Shown here: positions 35,500 to 48,595 of the stretch, piece by piece | How positions within the stretch are numbered: position 1 is the first letter of the stretch | Layout: each line of letters opens with the position of its first letter | Source of the DNA: Octopus bimaculoides | Lineage: Eukaryota | Assembly: GCF_001194135.2 (NCBI RefSeq) | Contig: NC_068987.1 | Location: forward strand, 42,668,290 to 42,725,469 | DNA length: 57,180 nucleotides | Direction: 5' to 3' | The notes under the pieces: generated by a model | What the model saw: only the letters and a program-made list of their open reading frames with translations | Database searches by the model: none | Told to the model about the DNA's origin: nothing | Translations under genes and position numbers: made by a program

Positions 35500-35830
35500 A
35501 GAACTTACTGTTGGCATTCAACCTGAGGAGACTCTGGGCTGAAAATAAGATGAAGGAGGATCTTGTGTGTGAATTTCTGTCTGCAGATGACTGTCCTCAT
35601 TGTGGGCTCAGAATCTGAGATGCAGCAATGCATGAACATATTCTCTTCTTTCTGCAATAACTTTGGTCTTACGGTCAAGGATCAGGCTCCATTGACTGTT
35701 GACAAGTTTATTTACATAAGTAATTACACACTTTCAAGAAATGTCTACATGAGCAGTGAAGTCAACAGCTGAAGTGCTAAAGTCACCATTTCTTACAGTA
35801 CAGTAGACTATGCAAGAACGTTTTTTGGAA
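35500..35830 (+). mobile_element. BovB-like RTE RT fragment
   Basis: FLSADDC...SESEMQQCMNIFSSFCNNFGLTVK...FIYI. Confidence 0.6.
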
Positions 35831-36661
35831 GTGTTTCAATCTTCAATAGAAGTTGAATGTTTACAGAGCCATTGTTCTACTAATTTTGCTATAAGTCACA
35901 TATGCACTGTATATATATGTATACATATATGTGTGTGTGTGCATAGGCATGTGTGTGTATTTGTATGTGTGCCTCCTTGTCTTGACATTGCACAGTAAAT
36001 GAATGTCACCATTATACAAGCAGTGACCTTCATTTCAAATCTTTTGCGTAAACATGTCCAGCTATAGAGAAATAGTGCCTTGCTTGGAAACAGGCAAGTG
36101 TTGGTGACAGCAAGGGCATCAAGTTGTAGAAAATCTGCTTTAACAAATTCCATCTGATTCATGTGAGCAAAGAAAAGTGTACTTAAAAAGTGATGATGGT
36201 GATGTATATGTGTGTGCTTTTGTGTGCGTGCGTGCGTGTGTATACTCAGATGGGCAATTGGTATAGTCATTACCAAACCCAGACCTGGAGAAGTTTGGGT
36301 TTTACCAGGTCTAAAAAAGCTATCTTAGACTCACTAAGTCTCAAAACAGCGATTATAACAACACAATTATAACTTCATAAAAGAACTGAGAGGCCAAGGC
36401 AATATATATGTCCTGGTTCCAGTAATTAGATTGTAACCATGCTCAGGGCCTGTCATCAAAAGTTTTTGTCAATCTATCAGCACCACTAATTATTCCAGTT
36501 CAATAGTTATGGAATTTATTTCTTAAATGACAAAATTTTACCTTTTGGTATTAAAAGTATACATCATTTTACATTGGTATACACAAAAACAGACACTCAT
36601 TCACACATACACGTTTATCTGTGCGTGTTTGCCTGCCTGCCTGTCTGTCTGTCTGTCCCCC

Positions 36662-37426
36662 TAGCCCTTATCTGGCAGTCAATGTGGAAACTAGGGATAA
36701 ACAAGTAGTTGGTGAGAGCTGTACAAGCCATGTACAGGGATGCTGTCAGTAAGGTGAGGGTTGGCAATAAGTATAATGAAGAATTCCAGATAGGAGTAGG
36801 AGTCCACCAAGGATCACTCCTCAGCCCCCTCTTATTCATCATAGTCCTCCAGGTAATAACAGAGGAATTCAAGTCAGGCTGCTCATGGGAGCTCTTCTAT
36901 GCTGATGACCTTGCTCTTATAGCTGAATCACTACCAGAACTAGAGAAGTTTCAGGTGTAGAAGCAAGGATTAGAATCAAAGGGCCTTAGAGTTAACCTAG
37001 CAATAAACCAAAGTCTTAGTAAGGAGGAAAGCAGACAAATCACAAATCCCTTAAGGTAGATGACCCTGCTTGATCTGCAGAAAAGGCTTAGGTAGAAACT
37101 CCATAAGATGTACCTGGTGTAAGCTATTGACACATAAGAGGTGCAGCAATATCAGAGGAAGGTTATCAAGGAAAATAGTTTTTGTGTGTGGAAGATGCAC
37201 AAGTACAATTAACAGTAAAAATGTACAGAAAATAGATTCCATCATGTGCCAGTGGGGAAAAACTACAAGTAGTCAATAGCTTCTGTTCCCTAGGTGACCA
37301 GGTCAGTAGCAGAGGTGGATGCTCTTAGAGCATAGCTGCTAGAATACAAATAGGCTGGGCAAAGTTTAGAGAGCTCCTACCTCTGCTGGTAACAAAAGGC
37401 CACTTGCTTAGAGTGAAAGACAGACT
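36662..37426 (+). mobile_element. RTE LINE, 5' portion, interrupted by the LTR element
   Basis: LIWQSMWKLG, ELFYADDL, complete PHD motif at 37067-37198; resumes at 39785. Confidence 0.9.
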
Positions 37427-39780
37427 TGTAGTAACGCCGTGCGCATGCGTGGAATTCAACATCCAAGTGATTCCTGCTTTATTCTGTCTCTTTCTTGCTG
37501 GCCAGCGATTGAGCAAGGACGTGTCTAGCTGTCTCTCCATCTTTTGAACTCACGCTAGACAGCTCACATCAATATACCAACGTCCCAACAACCATGTTCT
37601 CACACATAGAAGGCGTCTCAACAAGCAAGAGCTAAAGATGTATATTTTCCACCATGAATAAATGTTGTTTGTGTTGATAGTCTGGAGTTCAGCATTCCGT
37701 TCAATTCATAATTTAATATAGGAAAGTCAGGTGTACATCTAATGATCCATAACCCACATTCTTATACTGGTGACCCTCCGACGTGATTCAAACACGCAGC
37801 CCGCTGAGCTACAATAACCACTATTCCTATAAAGTGGTGACCCCGACTAAGAAAAAACGCGGCCATGGATTCTGGACTACCAACCNNNNNNNNNNNNNNN
37901 NNNNNNNNNNNNNNNNNNNNNNNNNNNNNNNNNNNNNNNNNNNNNNNNNNNNNNNNNNNNNNNNNNNNNNNNNNNNNNNNNNNNNNNNNNNNNNNNNNNN
38001 NNNNNNNNNNNNNNNNNNNNNNNNNNNNNNNNNNNNNNNNNNNNNNNNNNNNNNNNNNNNNNNNNNNNNNNNNNNNNNNNNNNNNNNNNNNNNNNNNNNN
38101 NNNNNNNNNNNNNNNNNNNNNNNNNNNNNNNNNNNNNNNNNNNNNNNNNNNNNNNNNNNNNNNNNNNNNNNNNNNNNNNNNNNNNNNNNNNNNNNNNNNN
38201 NNNNNNNNNNNNNNNNNNNNNNNNNNNNNNNNNNNNNNNNNNNNNNNNNNNNNNNNNNNNNNNNNNNNNNNNNNNNNNNNNNNNNNNNNNNNNNNNNNNN
38301 NNNNNNNNNNNNNNNNNNNNNNNNNNNNNNNNNNNNNNNNNNNNNNNNNNNNNNNNNNNNNNNNNNNNNNNNNNNNNNNNNNNNNNNNNNNNNNNNNNNN
38401 NNNNNNNNNNNNNNNNNNNNNNNNNNNNNNNNNNNNNNNNNNNNNNNNNNNNNNNNNNNNNNNNNNNNNNNNNNNNNNNNNNNNNNNNNNNNNNNNNNNN
38501 NNNNNNNNNNNNNNNNNNNNNNNNNNNNNNNNNNNNNNNNNNNNNNNNNNNNNNNNNNNNNNNNNNNNNNNNNNNNNNNNNNNNNNNNNNNNNNNNNNNN
38601 NNNNNNNNNNNNNNNNNNNNNNNNNNNNNNNNNNNNNNNNNNNNNNNNNNNNNNNNNNNNNNNNNNNNNNNNNNNNNNNNNNNNNNNNNNNNNNNNNCTG
38701 CGCCGACGTCTTCTCCATCAATGTACTGTCTACCACAATGTCTTGCGCCAACAACCCCACCACCAGGGACACACCAGATCAACACACTCGGTTTTATCTT
38801 CACTGTATGAGTGGAGTATCCACTCTCACACAACAGTCAGAGCTGACCGACTAGGATATTTAATACCAGGTAACAAGTCTCAACTAGCATCCGGCGCTCA
38901 ACTATAGCTCTGCTCACTGACCACGACTTCCTGCGTATTGACATTCTAAATTTCCTTGTGTAACTTTTATAGAATATTCCGTACCAGGTAACAGGTCACA
39001 ACTAGCATCCGACGCTCAACTACAGCTCTGCTCACGGACCACAACTTCCTGCGTATGGACATACTATAATCTTGTGTAACTCTTATACGAACTGGATTTT
39101 TTGTCTCTACAGACACTTTCGATATGTTCTGTGTTTTTTCTCGCACACACACTTGTGCACTCACACATTTTCTTTCATTTGTACATTGCATGCATGTTCT
39201 CGCGAGTGCACATTCATTTCTTTCATTTTTCTTTGTGTGTGTTTGTGCTGCATCTTGTGGGTGGTTTTCAGTGGCCATCCTGCCTCAGGCGTTCCAACAG
39301 AATTATATTATTGTGCGTTCCGCACTGGCAAGGAAGCCCTGTAGTAACGCCATGCGCATGCGTAGTCTCACGCATGCGTGGAATTCAACATCCAAGCGTT
39401 TCCCGCTTTATTCTGTCTCTTTCTTGCTGGCCAGCGATTGAGCAAGGACGTGTCTAGCTGTCTCTCCATCTTTCGAACTCACGCTAGACAGCTCACATCA
39501 ATATACCAACGTCNNNNNNNNNNATTGAGCAAGGACGTGTCTAGCTGTCTCTCCATCTTTCGAACTCACGCTAGACAGCTCACATCAATATACCAACGTC
39601 CCAACAACCATGTTCTCACACACAGAAGGCGTCTCAACAAACAAGAGCTAAAGATGTATATTTTCCACCATGAATAAATGTTGTTTGTGTTGATAGTCTG
39701 GAGTTCAGCGTTCCGTTTGTTTCTAATTTAATATAGGAAGTCAGGTGTACATCTAATGATGTATAACCCACTTCTCTATA
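37427..39780 (+). mobile_element. Gypsy-type (CsRn1-like) LTR retrotransposon, short or internally deleted, gap inside
   Basis: LTRs 37427-37766 and 39340-39780 (TGTAG...TATA; AATAAA inside); 4-bp TSD GACT (37423-37426, 39781-39784); tRNA-Trp PBS at 37768; degraded purine tract before the 3' LTR. Confidence 0.88.
37768..37847 (+). promoter_or_regulatory. Extended and duplicated tRNA-Trp primer-binding site
   Basis: TGGTGACCC(TC)CGACGTGATTCAAACACGCAGCCCGCTGA at 37768-37807, plus a second exact TGGTGACCCCGAC at 37835-37847. Confidence 0.8.
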
Positions 39781-39784
39781 GACT

Positions 39785-40670
39785 GTATGATTGATGCCTG
39801 TGCATGAACAGCCATGCTACACGACAGTGAAACATGGGTTGTGACTGCCGAAGACATGCACAAACTTGAAAGAAATGAAGTTAGTACGTGTAGTGTCAGT
39901 GTGCATGCACGACAGAGTGTAAGTGTTCTGAGAAAAAGGCTGGACATAAGAGGCATCAAATGTGGTGTGCAAGAGAGATAACTGTGCTGGTATGGTCATG
40001 TGATGCATATGAATAAGGACAGCCATGTGAAGAAGTGTTGTAATCTAAGGGTGGAGGGAACCTGTGGAAAAGGTAGACCCAGGAAGACATGGGATGAGGT
40101 GGGGAAGCCTGATTTCTGAATGTTGGATCTCATGGATGCAATTAGAAGCGACCAAGACCTTTGGCGATATGCTGTGCTTGAGAAGACCCATCAAGCTAAG
40201 TGAGATCGTAGTCATAGCCGATGCCAGTGTTGTGTAACTGGCCTGTTAAAAGCACCCTTCAAATGTTGGGTGATATACTGTGCTTGTGAAGACCTGTTGA
40301 GCCAAGTGAAACTGTAGTCGTGGCCAATGCCAGTGCCATGTGACTGGCATCTGTGCTGGTGGCACATAAAAGGCACTGTTTGAGCATCAGGCATCATGGA
40401 GGCAGTGACAGGTGACCGAGACCTGTGCTGTGTAGATCTGTCAAGTCAAATGGGACTGTAATCGTGGCTGATGTCAGTGTCAGGTCAATGACACTTGTAC
40501 CAGTGGCACGTAAAAAACACCCACTCCACTCTCAGAGTAGTTGGCGTTAGGAAGGGCATCTTGCCAAATCAGATTGGAACTTGGTGCAGCTCCCTGGCTT
40601 ACCAGTTTTCAGTCAAACCGTCCAACCCATGCCAGCATGGAAAATGGATGTAAAATGATGATGATGAATA
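39785..40670 (+). mobile_element. RTE LINE, 3' portion with (GAT)n tail
   Basis: Continues RLY.DACA.TAMLH, then WYGHV, the 3' UTR and tail. Confidence 0.9.
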
Positions 40671-41149
40671 TATATATATATATATATATATANNNNNNNN
40701 NNNNNNNNNNNNNNNNNNNNNNNNNNNNNNNNNNNNNNNNNNNNNNNNNNNNNNNNNNNNNNNNNNNNNNNNNNNNNNNNNNNNNNNNNNNNNNNNNNNN
40801 NNNNNNNNNNNNNNNNNNNNNNNNNNNNNNNNNNNNNNNNNNNNNNNNNNNNNNNNNNNNNNNNNNNNNNNNNNNNNNNNNNNNNNNNNNNNNNNNNNNN
40901 NNNNNNNNNNNNNNNNNNNNNNNNNNNNNNNNNNNNNNNNNNNNNNNNNNNNNNNNNNNNNNNNNNNNNNNNNNNNNNNNNNNNNNNNNNNNNNNNNNNN
41001 NNNNNNNNNNNNNNNNNNNNNNNNNNNNNNNNNNNNNNNNNNNNNNNNNNNNNAACTTGGTTTGCTGACTTAATGCAATGCAGAAGCAGTATATCTCAAA
41101 TTTCAGTTTTCAAGTTTAAGTAGCTGTTAAACTAATAAAGAAAATGAAT

Positions 41150-42110
41150 AAAACACTACATTTTGAAAACTGGTCATTGCATTTTAATAGTTAACATATT
41201 GATGACCAAGAATACCAAGTGCTAGTTTTTGAAGACTGAACAGAAAGAAGTTAAGTTAGACGCACTCCAATTACCAAATGGAAAAGCTGATACTGTTGTG
41301 AAAGGAATAACAGCTGTTTTAGATGAATACAATTTATGAAACAGTGTAAAGATGATTGTTGCTGATACAACGAGTGTGAACACTGGGAAAAGAAATGGCA
41401 TTGTCATTCAGTTGCAAAGATTGTTTGCTTAAAAGGATTTGAAAGAACCGCAATTTATTAGTTGTCAGCATCATATCCTTAGTAGAGTTCTTTGTGTTGT
41501 AATGGATAACAAACTTGGAGAAAAAAAGTCATCTCCCAATATTGAATATACATCCATCCCAGAGCTTCTAAGGAATTATGAGAAACTCCAGGTTAAGTAC
41601 AACAATAGTGAAGAAAAGATTACTAAATCAGCAGGATGACGAGATGACATGAAATTTCTAATTCATTTGACCAGAGTTTTTCATTTCTTGGAAGAAACTT
41701 GAAAATTTCCTACTGTAAAGTTTCAAAAAATACCCAACTTAAGTAATGCAAGATGGAATTCTTGAGCAATACTAGCTCTTTTGACATTTATTCTTCAACC
41801 AGAGAAAAGAGTTTTGTTTCTCAATGTTTGTTGATTCATCTCTTACAGTTGGGCAGATTTTTGGTTTGCTGACCAAATGTTCAAAGCACATGATTATCAG
41901 AAGTTATGTGGTAGCCTGCAAGTTCATAAAAAAGCATTGAACTCTGTAAAAAAACTTTTGGAGTCAAGAACCATCAAAACTGGAAATTCCCAGAACAAAT
42001 CAGAATGCAGAGCGGGCAATCAAGTGCCTTCAAGATCTTTATAATGTTTGTAAAAAAGAAAGAGAAACTTCAGCTTCGATTTATTTTATCTAACAAAACA
42101 TTAATTCTTT
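41150..42110 (+). mobile_element. hAT-like (possibly hATm) DNA transposase remnant
   Basis: MIVADTTSVNTGKRNG...FISCQHHIL (CxxH)...NARWNS...AERAIK, with several stops and frameshifts. Confidence 0.6.
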
Positions 42111-42568
42111 GTTATGTTTAAAAATTTTTACTAACATTCAGCACCCTTTTCTTATACAGTTATTTAAAATTGGAATTAAAGCTATAAAGTTAAAAATATG
42201 CATTGTTTTTAATTTTGTATGTTATCGGATGCTTGTAGTGGCCTCTGTCTTAAAATAGCCTAGTATTAAACCTTTGCATAGAGCAATTTCAATTCAGTAA
42301 GCTTAAAAATGCATAAATACACTTTTATTCCACATCTCTCTTGTGTTTACAAGGATTTAGGCAGCAGAAATACTGAAATATGAATCTAGTGCCACGTAGT
42401 GATAATAGTTTAAAATACCCATAACTCCGAAACTACTTCAATCAGAAAGCTGAAATTTCAGATATACTATTTCTGCATTGCATTGAGTCAGTACACCAAG
42501 TTTGGTATAAACTTGACCAGGCGTTATGAACCCCACTAGAATTTTGCATGATTTGGGTCAAAAGAGGT

Positions 42569-42606
<38 letters not shown>

Positions 42607-43899
42607 NNNNNNNNNNNNNNNNNNNNNNNNNNNNNNNNNNNNNNNNNNNNNNNNNNNATGTATATATATATATACAATAGGGTACTAAATAAGCACCTGC
42701 TTTGCTAAAAATACAAGTCAAAGCAGTCTGAAGTCACAGAAGAATTACTAAATTAATACAGGAATGATAGGAAAAAATTTACTCCGGGGTCTTGAATAAT
42801 CATCTTATTAATTTTTGAAATTTTTTCCACCACCCCCGCTTATTAACTTTTAAGATCCCTCCTCTTTTATTCCAACCCTCTTTCCTTATTAAATTTTGAT
42901 AATCTCTCTCTGGTGAAATTTTGTTGTAAGCTATTCATATTGATATAACAGCTGGAGAATCTAATAATAATCTTATTTTATGGTTAAAACATTATGCATA
43001 TATGATAAAAAAGAACATTACAAGTAATTCTATTTGTTATAAAATAAATAGGATATATACACTAAATAACTAGTTCTGGTTTAAAAAAAAAATCAAGGGT
43101 GGCAGCCTAGAAAATCTTAAATAATGATTTCTCATTTAGGCACAAGGCCAACAATTTGTGGGGAGGGACAAGTCCTTTACTTTATCGACCCCGTAGGGAT
43201 GAAAGGTAGAGCTAACCTCAGCGGGATTGAACTTAGAACGTAATGGGCCAAAACTCTATACTGCGAGGCACAAGGCCAGCATTTAAAGGGAAGGGGAAAG
43301 TCAATTAAACTGACTCCCATTACTATTACAAAACAACAAACTCTAGGGAATTCATTATTATTTTGACTGACACAATTGTGAATCAGCATGACAAAAAAAA
43401 AAAAAAAAGACACATGACAGAAATGGCAAGAAAACCTGGGGTGTTCTATTTGTTTTCGTAACATGGAAAATATTTATCCACAGTATATGTAGCCAATGTT
43501 TATGCGTGTTGAGCCTTCAACATTTTAGGGCATTGATAACCTTCAACTCTAGGAAGATCAATCATTTCGAGACATAACACACCTGCTTCAGAACGCAAGG
43601 CAAACAAGGAAATTGCTGCCAGAAAATATGCTTTACAACCAGCCAGAGTTTATAAAAACTTGAGGCTGGATAACTGCCCCAGTCTGTAACATACGTGCGA
43701 GTTTACTGCTACTCCACACTGTAGTCAACAAATCTTCATTTGCAGTTTCTCTATGATTTCTCTACCAATCACCAGCACAAATTCCATGCAAATTAAGAAC
43801 TTCAATGACAAACTGTTTATTCTTACAGGACAAGCTTTTTATGGAATAAGGATTTAACAAAATCAACATGACTCAAGTAATTTCTCTTTGAACTATTTT

Positions 43900-45300
43900 T
43901 CATAACATCATGGGAGAGAAAATAGTATTTTGTGGTGTGACATATGGAAATTATTCTATAGAAGAAAAGCAAGCACTTGCTGTTGTGGTGAACAAAGGCA
44001 AAGAGGAGTATGATTCTAAATTAGAGCGAATGAAATGGAAAACTCATTGGCATGCTAAAAGGAAACGCCATGTCCCAGACACCCCGAAACAGGGATATCT
44101 CACCACCAAAGCAGTTTGTTTGTTTTGCTCGAATTTGGCCGATGTCAATAACTCTGATCGACCATTTGATTCTGTTGTTAAAGTAGCCAAATGCTGCTAG
44201 GAAAAATATCTAAAAGGCGAACTTGACAGCACTGAAAAAATCCAAAGAAACGTTTCAGTGTCGCTTGAGGAGGTCGTAAAACAAAAGCACCAGGTGTGAG
44301 AGACGCCTTGTTTGAATGGTTTGTGGATGTTAGAACATCGCTGCATGCAAGATTACCAAAGCTCTTTTCCTGTTACAGACTGAGAAATTTTATGAGGAGT
44401 GGGTTTGCCAACACCCAGACACACTAACTGAGAAAATGCTTTGTTTTTCAAAAAGCTGGATGAAAGGTTGGCAAAAAAGAGCATGGGGTATCACTGAAAT
44501 TTCCAAAAAAACACATTTCAATCTCCGAAGAGCAATATGATGAGCGCATTCAGGATTATTTGAAGAACTTATGGGGTGTGCTTCGTTATTTCCTTGACAA
44601 ATTTGGTGTAGATCCTCCTATTATCAATGGAGATCAAATACCCTTGTACTGGAATGAAAGTAGCAGACAAGCTACCTTATCATTCAGAAATCAAGATACA
44701 TTCGTCAAAAGAAACCACCATTTGTCTAGGGAATGTATCACAGTGATCACCCAGGTTAGCAATGATACCAAAATCAATCTTATCCCAGAGTTTGTATTTA
44801 AAGGAACTGGAAAAAGACCACCACTACTGAATGTCCTGCCTACAATGAAATATCAGTGGTCTCCTAAAGGTTCTTATAGATTAGAACAGCTGCTCTGTAC
44901 TATTGAAAGCCTTCCTAAACAGTTCAATATGTTTTCACGTGCAAACTTTGCCATTTATGTGCTTGATGATTACATGGTGCATTTGACTCCAGAGATGAGA
45001 GACTCCCTCTGGAAAAGGGGTTAATGTGCTGGTCATCATCGGAGCTGGTATCACTGGATTTGTTCAAGTTAACAATATGCACTTGCACAAACAACTGAAA
45101 GCAAAATATCGTGAAATACAGAAAGCAAAGATGCTGGAAAAGTTAGTTTAAACTCTGAATAAAACACCCAAGCTCTATTGATCTGAGACGATGCAGATGC
45201 TACATCAGAACTATTTGATGGTGACAGCATTGAGGTAAAAGCTACCAAAAATGAGTTGGAAGATGAAAGTGAGCCATCTGGGAATCTTTTGGAGGTGATT
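43900..45300 (+). mobile_element. pogo-family DDE_1 transposase remnant
   Basis: INGDQIPLYWNE...PEFVFKGTG...KGSYR...YVLDDYMVH, then GAGITGFVQVN. Confidence 0.75.
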
Positions 45301-45553
45301 GACCCATCCGGAGAAATTCCCATGGAGGTTTTGCAGGAGCCAAAGCACAGTCGGCCAAACATGATAACAAGAAGCTCTCTCTCGTTGTGTTTTACTTTCC
45401 TTTTTCTTTAAGACATGTTGCTTATGTCAATGTCTGTTTAGTCCACAGCATTTNNNNNNNNNNNNNNNNNNNNNNNNNNNNNNNNNNNNNNNNNNNNNNN
45501 NNNNNNNNNNNNNNNNNNNNNNNNNNNNNNNNNNNNNNNNNNNNNNNNNNNNN

Positions 45554-46771
45554 GAGCATCTCTGCAGTGATTCCTGATGGGCCTGGGGCTTTCCCTGTCT
45601 TCACACTCTTCATTGCTTTATGTACCAAGGTACTGTCAATTAGGATAACTGGTCCCTCTGTTGGGTCGACATTCGGCAGACTCTCGTTTTCCCATTCATT
45701 CTCTTTATTAAGCAACCTTTCATAGTGGCGTCTCCAAACCTTTCTCTTTGCAGTCTCGTTTAGTACAAGTGAGCCATCATCCAAGCGGACACATTCCTCT
45801 CCTATGACATCACGATTCTCTCTGACACACTGTCTTGTAACATGAAATACTTCAAGTCTTTGGTCCTCACGGCGCAGAACATTGGCAAATTTTTTCTTAT
45901 CTGCTTCCCTTCTGGCTAAATAAACCTGTCTCTTAGCTTCCCTTCTGGCTAAATAAACCTGTCTCTTAGCTTCCCTTCTGGCAGTCTGATACAATTCCCT
46001 GCTACCTCCGTTCTTCCAGTCCTTCCAAGCCTGTTTATTTTGTCTAATAGTCCTGTCAACCACATTGTTCCACCATCACGTTACTTTGGGTCGAGAGGGT
46101 ACTTTGCACCATCCACAGATCTCGTCAGTGTCTCTCAGCCGGTTGTCCCATAAAATCCTCCAGTTGTCTTCCACATCATGTGATGCTATATCCCCTTGTA
46201 TTTCGTCGAAGGCTTTGAGTAACCTATCTCTAAATCTCTTTCCATTTGTAGGATCTTTAAGCTTCCAGACCCTTCTCCTCCAAGCTGGTCTACTTCTGGG
46301 CATCCATTTAGCCATGATCCTGAAGGTGCTAACTACTAATCTGTATTGAGGGGTACATTCTTCGCCTGGGAAGGTTTTGGCATTTATAAGCAGTCTTCTT
46401 TCCCTTTTTCTGGCGAGGATGTAGTCAATTTGGCTAGTGTGTCTGCTGGAACGGTAGGTGACTAGGTGACAGGCAGGTTTCCTGAAGTTGGTATTGCAAA
46501 CCATAAGATCATTTGCATCACAGAACTCCAGTAGTCTGGTTCCCTCCTCATTGCGAGAACCAAAGCCATAGCTTCCATGTACAGCATGGAAGCCTCCTGC
46601 ATGTTGTCCAACATGTCCATTGAAATCACCAGCCACAAAGAGAAGGTCCCTGTTATTCGTCAACGAGGTAGTCTGCAAGAGGGTGTCATAAAATTGGTCT
46701 TTCTGCGCATCCGGTAGCCCCGGTTGAGGGGCATATGCCAAGATAACAGTAGCTAACCTATGGTGAAGCAC
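45554..46771 (-). mobile_element. RTE LINE endonuclease-to-linker portion with a 33-bp internal tandem duplication
   Basis: YAPQ, GDFNGHVG, IDYIL; (REAKRQVYLAR)x2; KAPGPSGITAEML. Confidence 0.9.
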
Positions 46772-46794
46772 TTATCTAATCTTAAGTACTCTGA

Positions 46795-47183
46795 CACAGG
46801 CAGACTGTATGACGCATGTGTACGAACAGCCATGCTACATGGCAGTGAAACATGGGCTGTGACTGCTGAGGACATGTGTAATGGACTTTCGAGCGAAATC
46901 GTTGCCAGTGCCCCTGGACTGGCACTTGCGCGGGTGACACATAAAATACACCATTTGAGCATGGCTGTTGCCAGTACCGCCTGACTGGCCTTCGTGCCGG
47001 TGGCACGTAAAAGCACCCACTACACTCTCAGAGTGGTTGGCATTAGGAAGGGCATCCAGCTGTAGAAACTCTGCCAAATCAGATTGGAGCCTGGTGTAGC
47101 CATCCGGTTTCACCAGTCCTCAGTCAAATCGTCCAACCCATGCTAGCATGGAAAGCAGACATTAAATGAGGATGATGATGATG
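46795..47183 (+). mobile_element. RTE LINE 3' portion, opposite orientation to 45554-46771
   Basis: GRLYDACVRTAMLHGSETW, then a 3' UTR nearly identical to the reverse complement of 31605-31905, and a (GAT)n tail. Confidence 0.88.
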
Positions 47184-47292
47184 ATATATATATATAGAAG
47201 AAAATGGATATAACATTGGGAAACTCGTGGTTTTTACTGGTATGTCTTTAATTAAATAGATAACAAAGAAGGAAGAAGCAGAGATGAGGGTA

Positions 47293-47343
47293 GCATTTAT
47301 GATCATTTCAATTTACTGGTTTAAGTAAATCTCTTCAGAATGC
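47293..47343 (-). ncRNA. Minimal type I hammerhead ribozyme with palindromic stem III
   Basis: GCATT CTGAAGA GATTTAC ttaaacca GTAAATT GAAA TGATCA TA AATGC: intact core, stem II hairpin, stem I GCATT/AATGC. Confidence 0.8.
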
Positions 47344-48595
47344 GAATATAGATAGATGCATTGTTTAGGATGCGAAAATAATTGATACATATGTGATGGT
47401 GATGTAAACAAAAGTGTTAGTTCTTGCATTAAATTTTGTTCTTGCACTGGTAAATTCACTGGGTAGAGGTTTGCTTGTGGTAGATTAGTTAGTTTCATTG
47501 GGTAATTAGGGCTGGGTGAGTATTATTTAGGTGCGGGTTTCCTAGTTAAGCACATTTTTTTTGCACGTGTGTATTCAATTTTTAATATTTTACGATTAGT
47601 TGTCACTGCGGGTGAGGGGGGTGTAGGTGAAGGGTAACTCTAACAAGGTGAAAAGGGAGCTAACTCATACCAAATTTTGTGTGGTTTGAAAATGTGTTAT
47701 GGCTAATAATTGTGTTATTGCTAGAGTTTAGGAAGTTCTTAGTGCTAGGATTCTCAGATATAATGCGCACCTATCGAGCTTCCGAAATAGGAATAAGGCT
47801 AACTCAACAGGGCTAAGTACATACATTTGGGAACTTAAGGCAAAAAAGAAATAGATTTTAACTTAAACTGGCGTATACTCACAAAAACAACCTCCTACAA
47901 CACCACAAATAGACGCTGTGATCTCCGCTTATGTCTAAGCAAACACTTCTCAACAGATTTTGTCTTTGCATGGACCTTTATGTATTTTCGAAATACCAGT
48001 AGAATGACCTCTCTTGTCTTCATGCAAGCCTCTATGCCTTTATAATCCCAAACTAGAATACTCCTCTAAGTCTAATTAACTAGGAAACACATTAAACACT
48101 TACACACAAATAGTCACTCCACAAACCCACTCGCCCCAACATTTCATAATAATACACTTTGCAAATACATAGGACCCCTCCTAGCACTAAGAACTTCCTA
48201 AACTCTAGCAATAAAACAATTATTTACCATAACAAATTTTCAAATCACCCAAAATTTGGTATGAGTTAGCTCCCTTTTCACCCTGTTAGAGTTACCCCGT
48301 CTCCTACACCACCGGTGACAACTAATCACAAAATATAAAAAATTGAATACACACGTGCGAAAAAAATGTGTTTAATTAAACTAGGAAACCCGCACCTAAA
48401 TAATACTCACCCTGCCCTAATTACCCAACGAAACTAACTAATCTACCACAAGCAAACCTCTACCCAGTGAATTTACCAGCACAAGAACAAAATTTAATGC
48501 TAGAATTACCACTTTTGTTTATATTACCATCAATTATTTGTATCAAATATGTATCAATTATTTTCGCATCCTAAACAATGCATCTATCTATATTC

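Noticed and set aside
37675-37700. TCTGGAGT in the LTR, complementary to the tRNA-Trp anticodon loop
   Set aside because: Only an 8-nt exact match, which cannot be distinguished from chance by eye.
39454-39600. Tandem duplication inside the 3' LTR, and a similar one at 55770-55935
   Set aside because: Duplicated sequence sits on both sides of a 10-N gap, the typical signature of unmerged overlapping contig ends.
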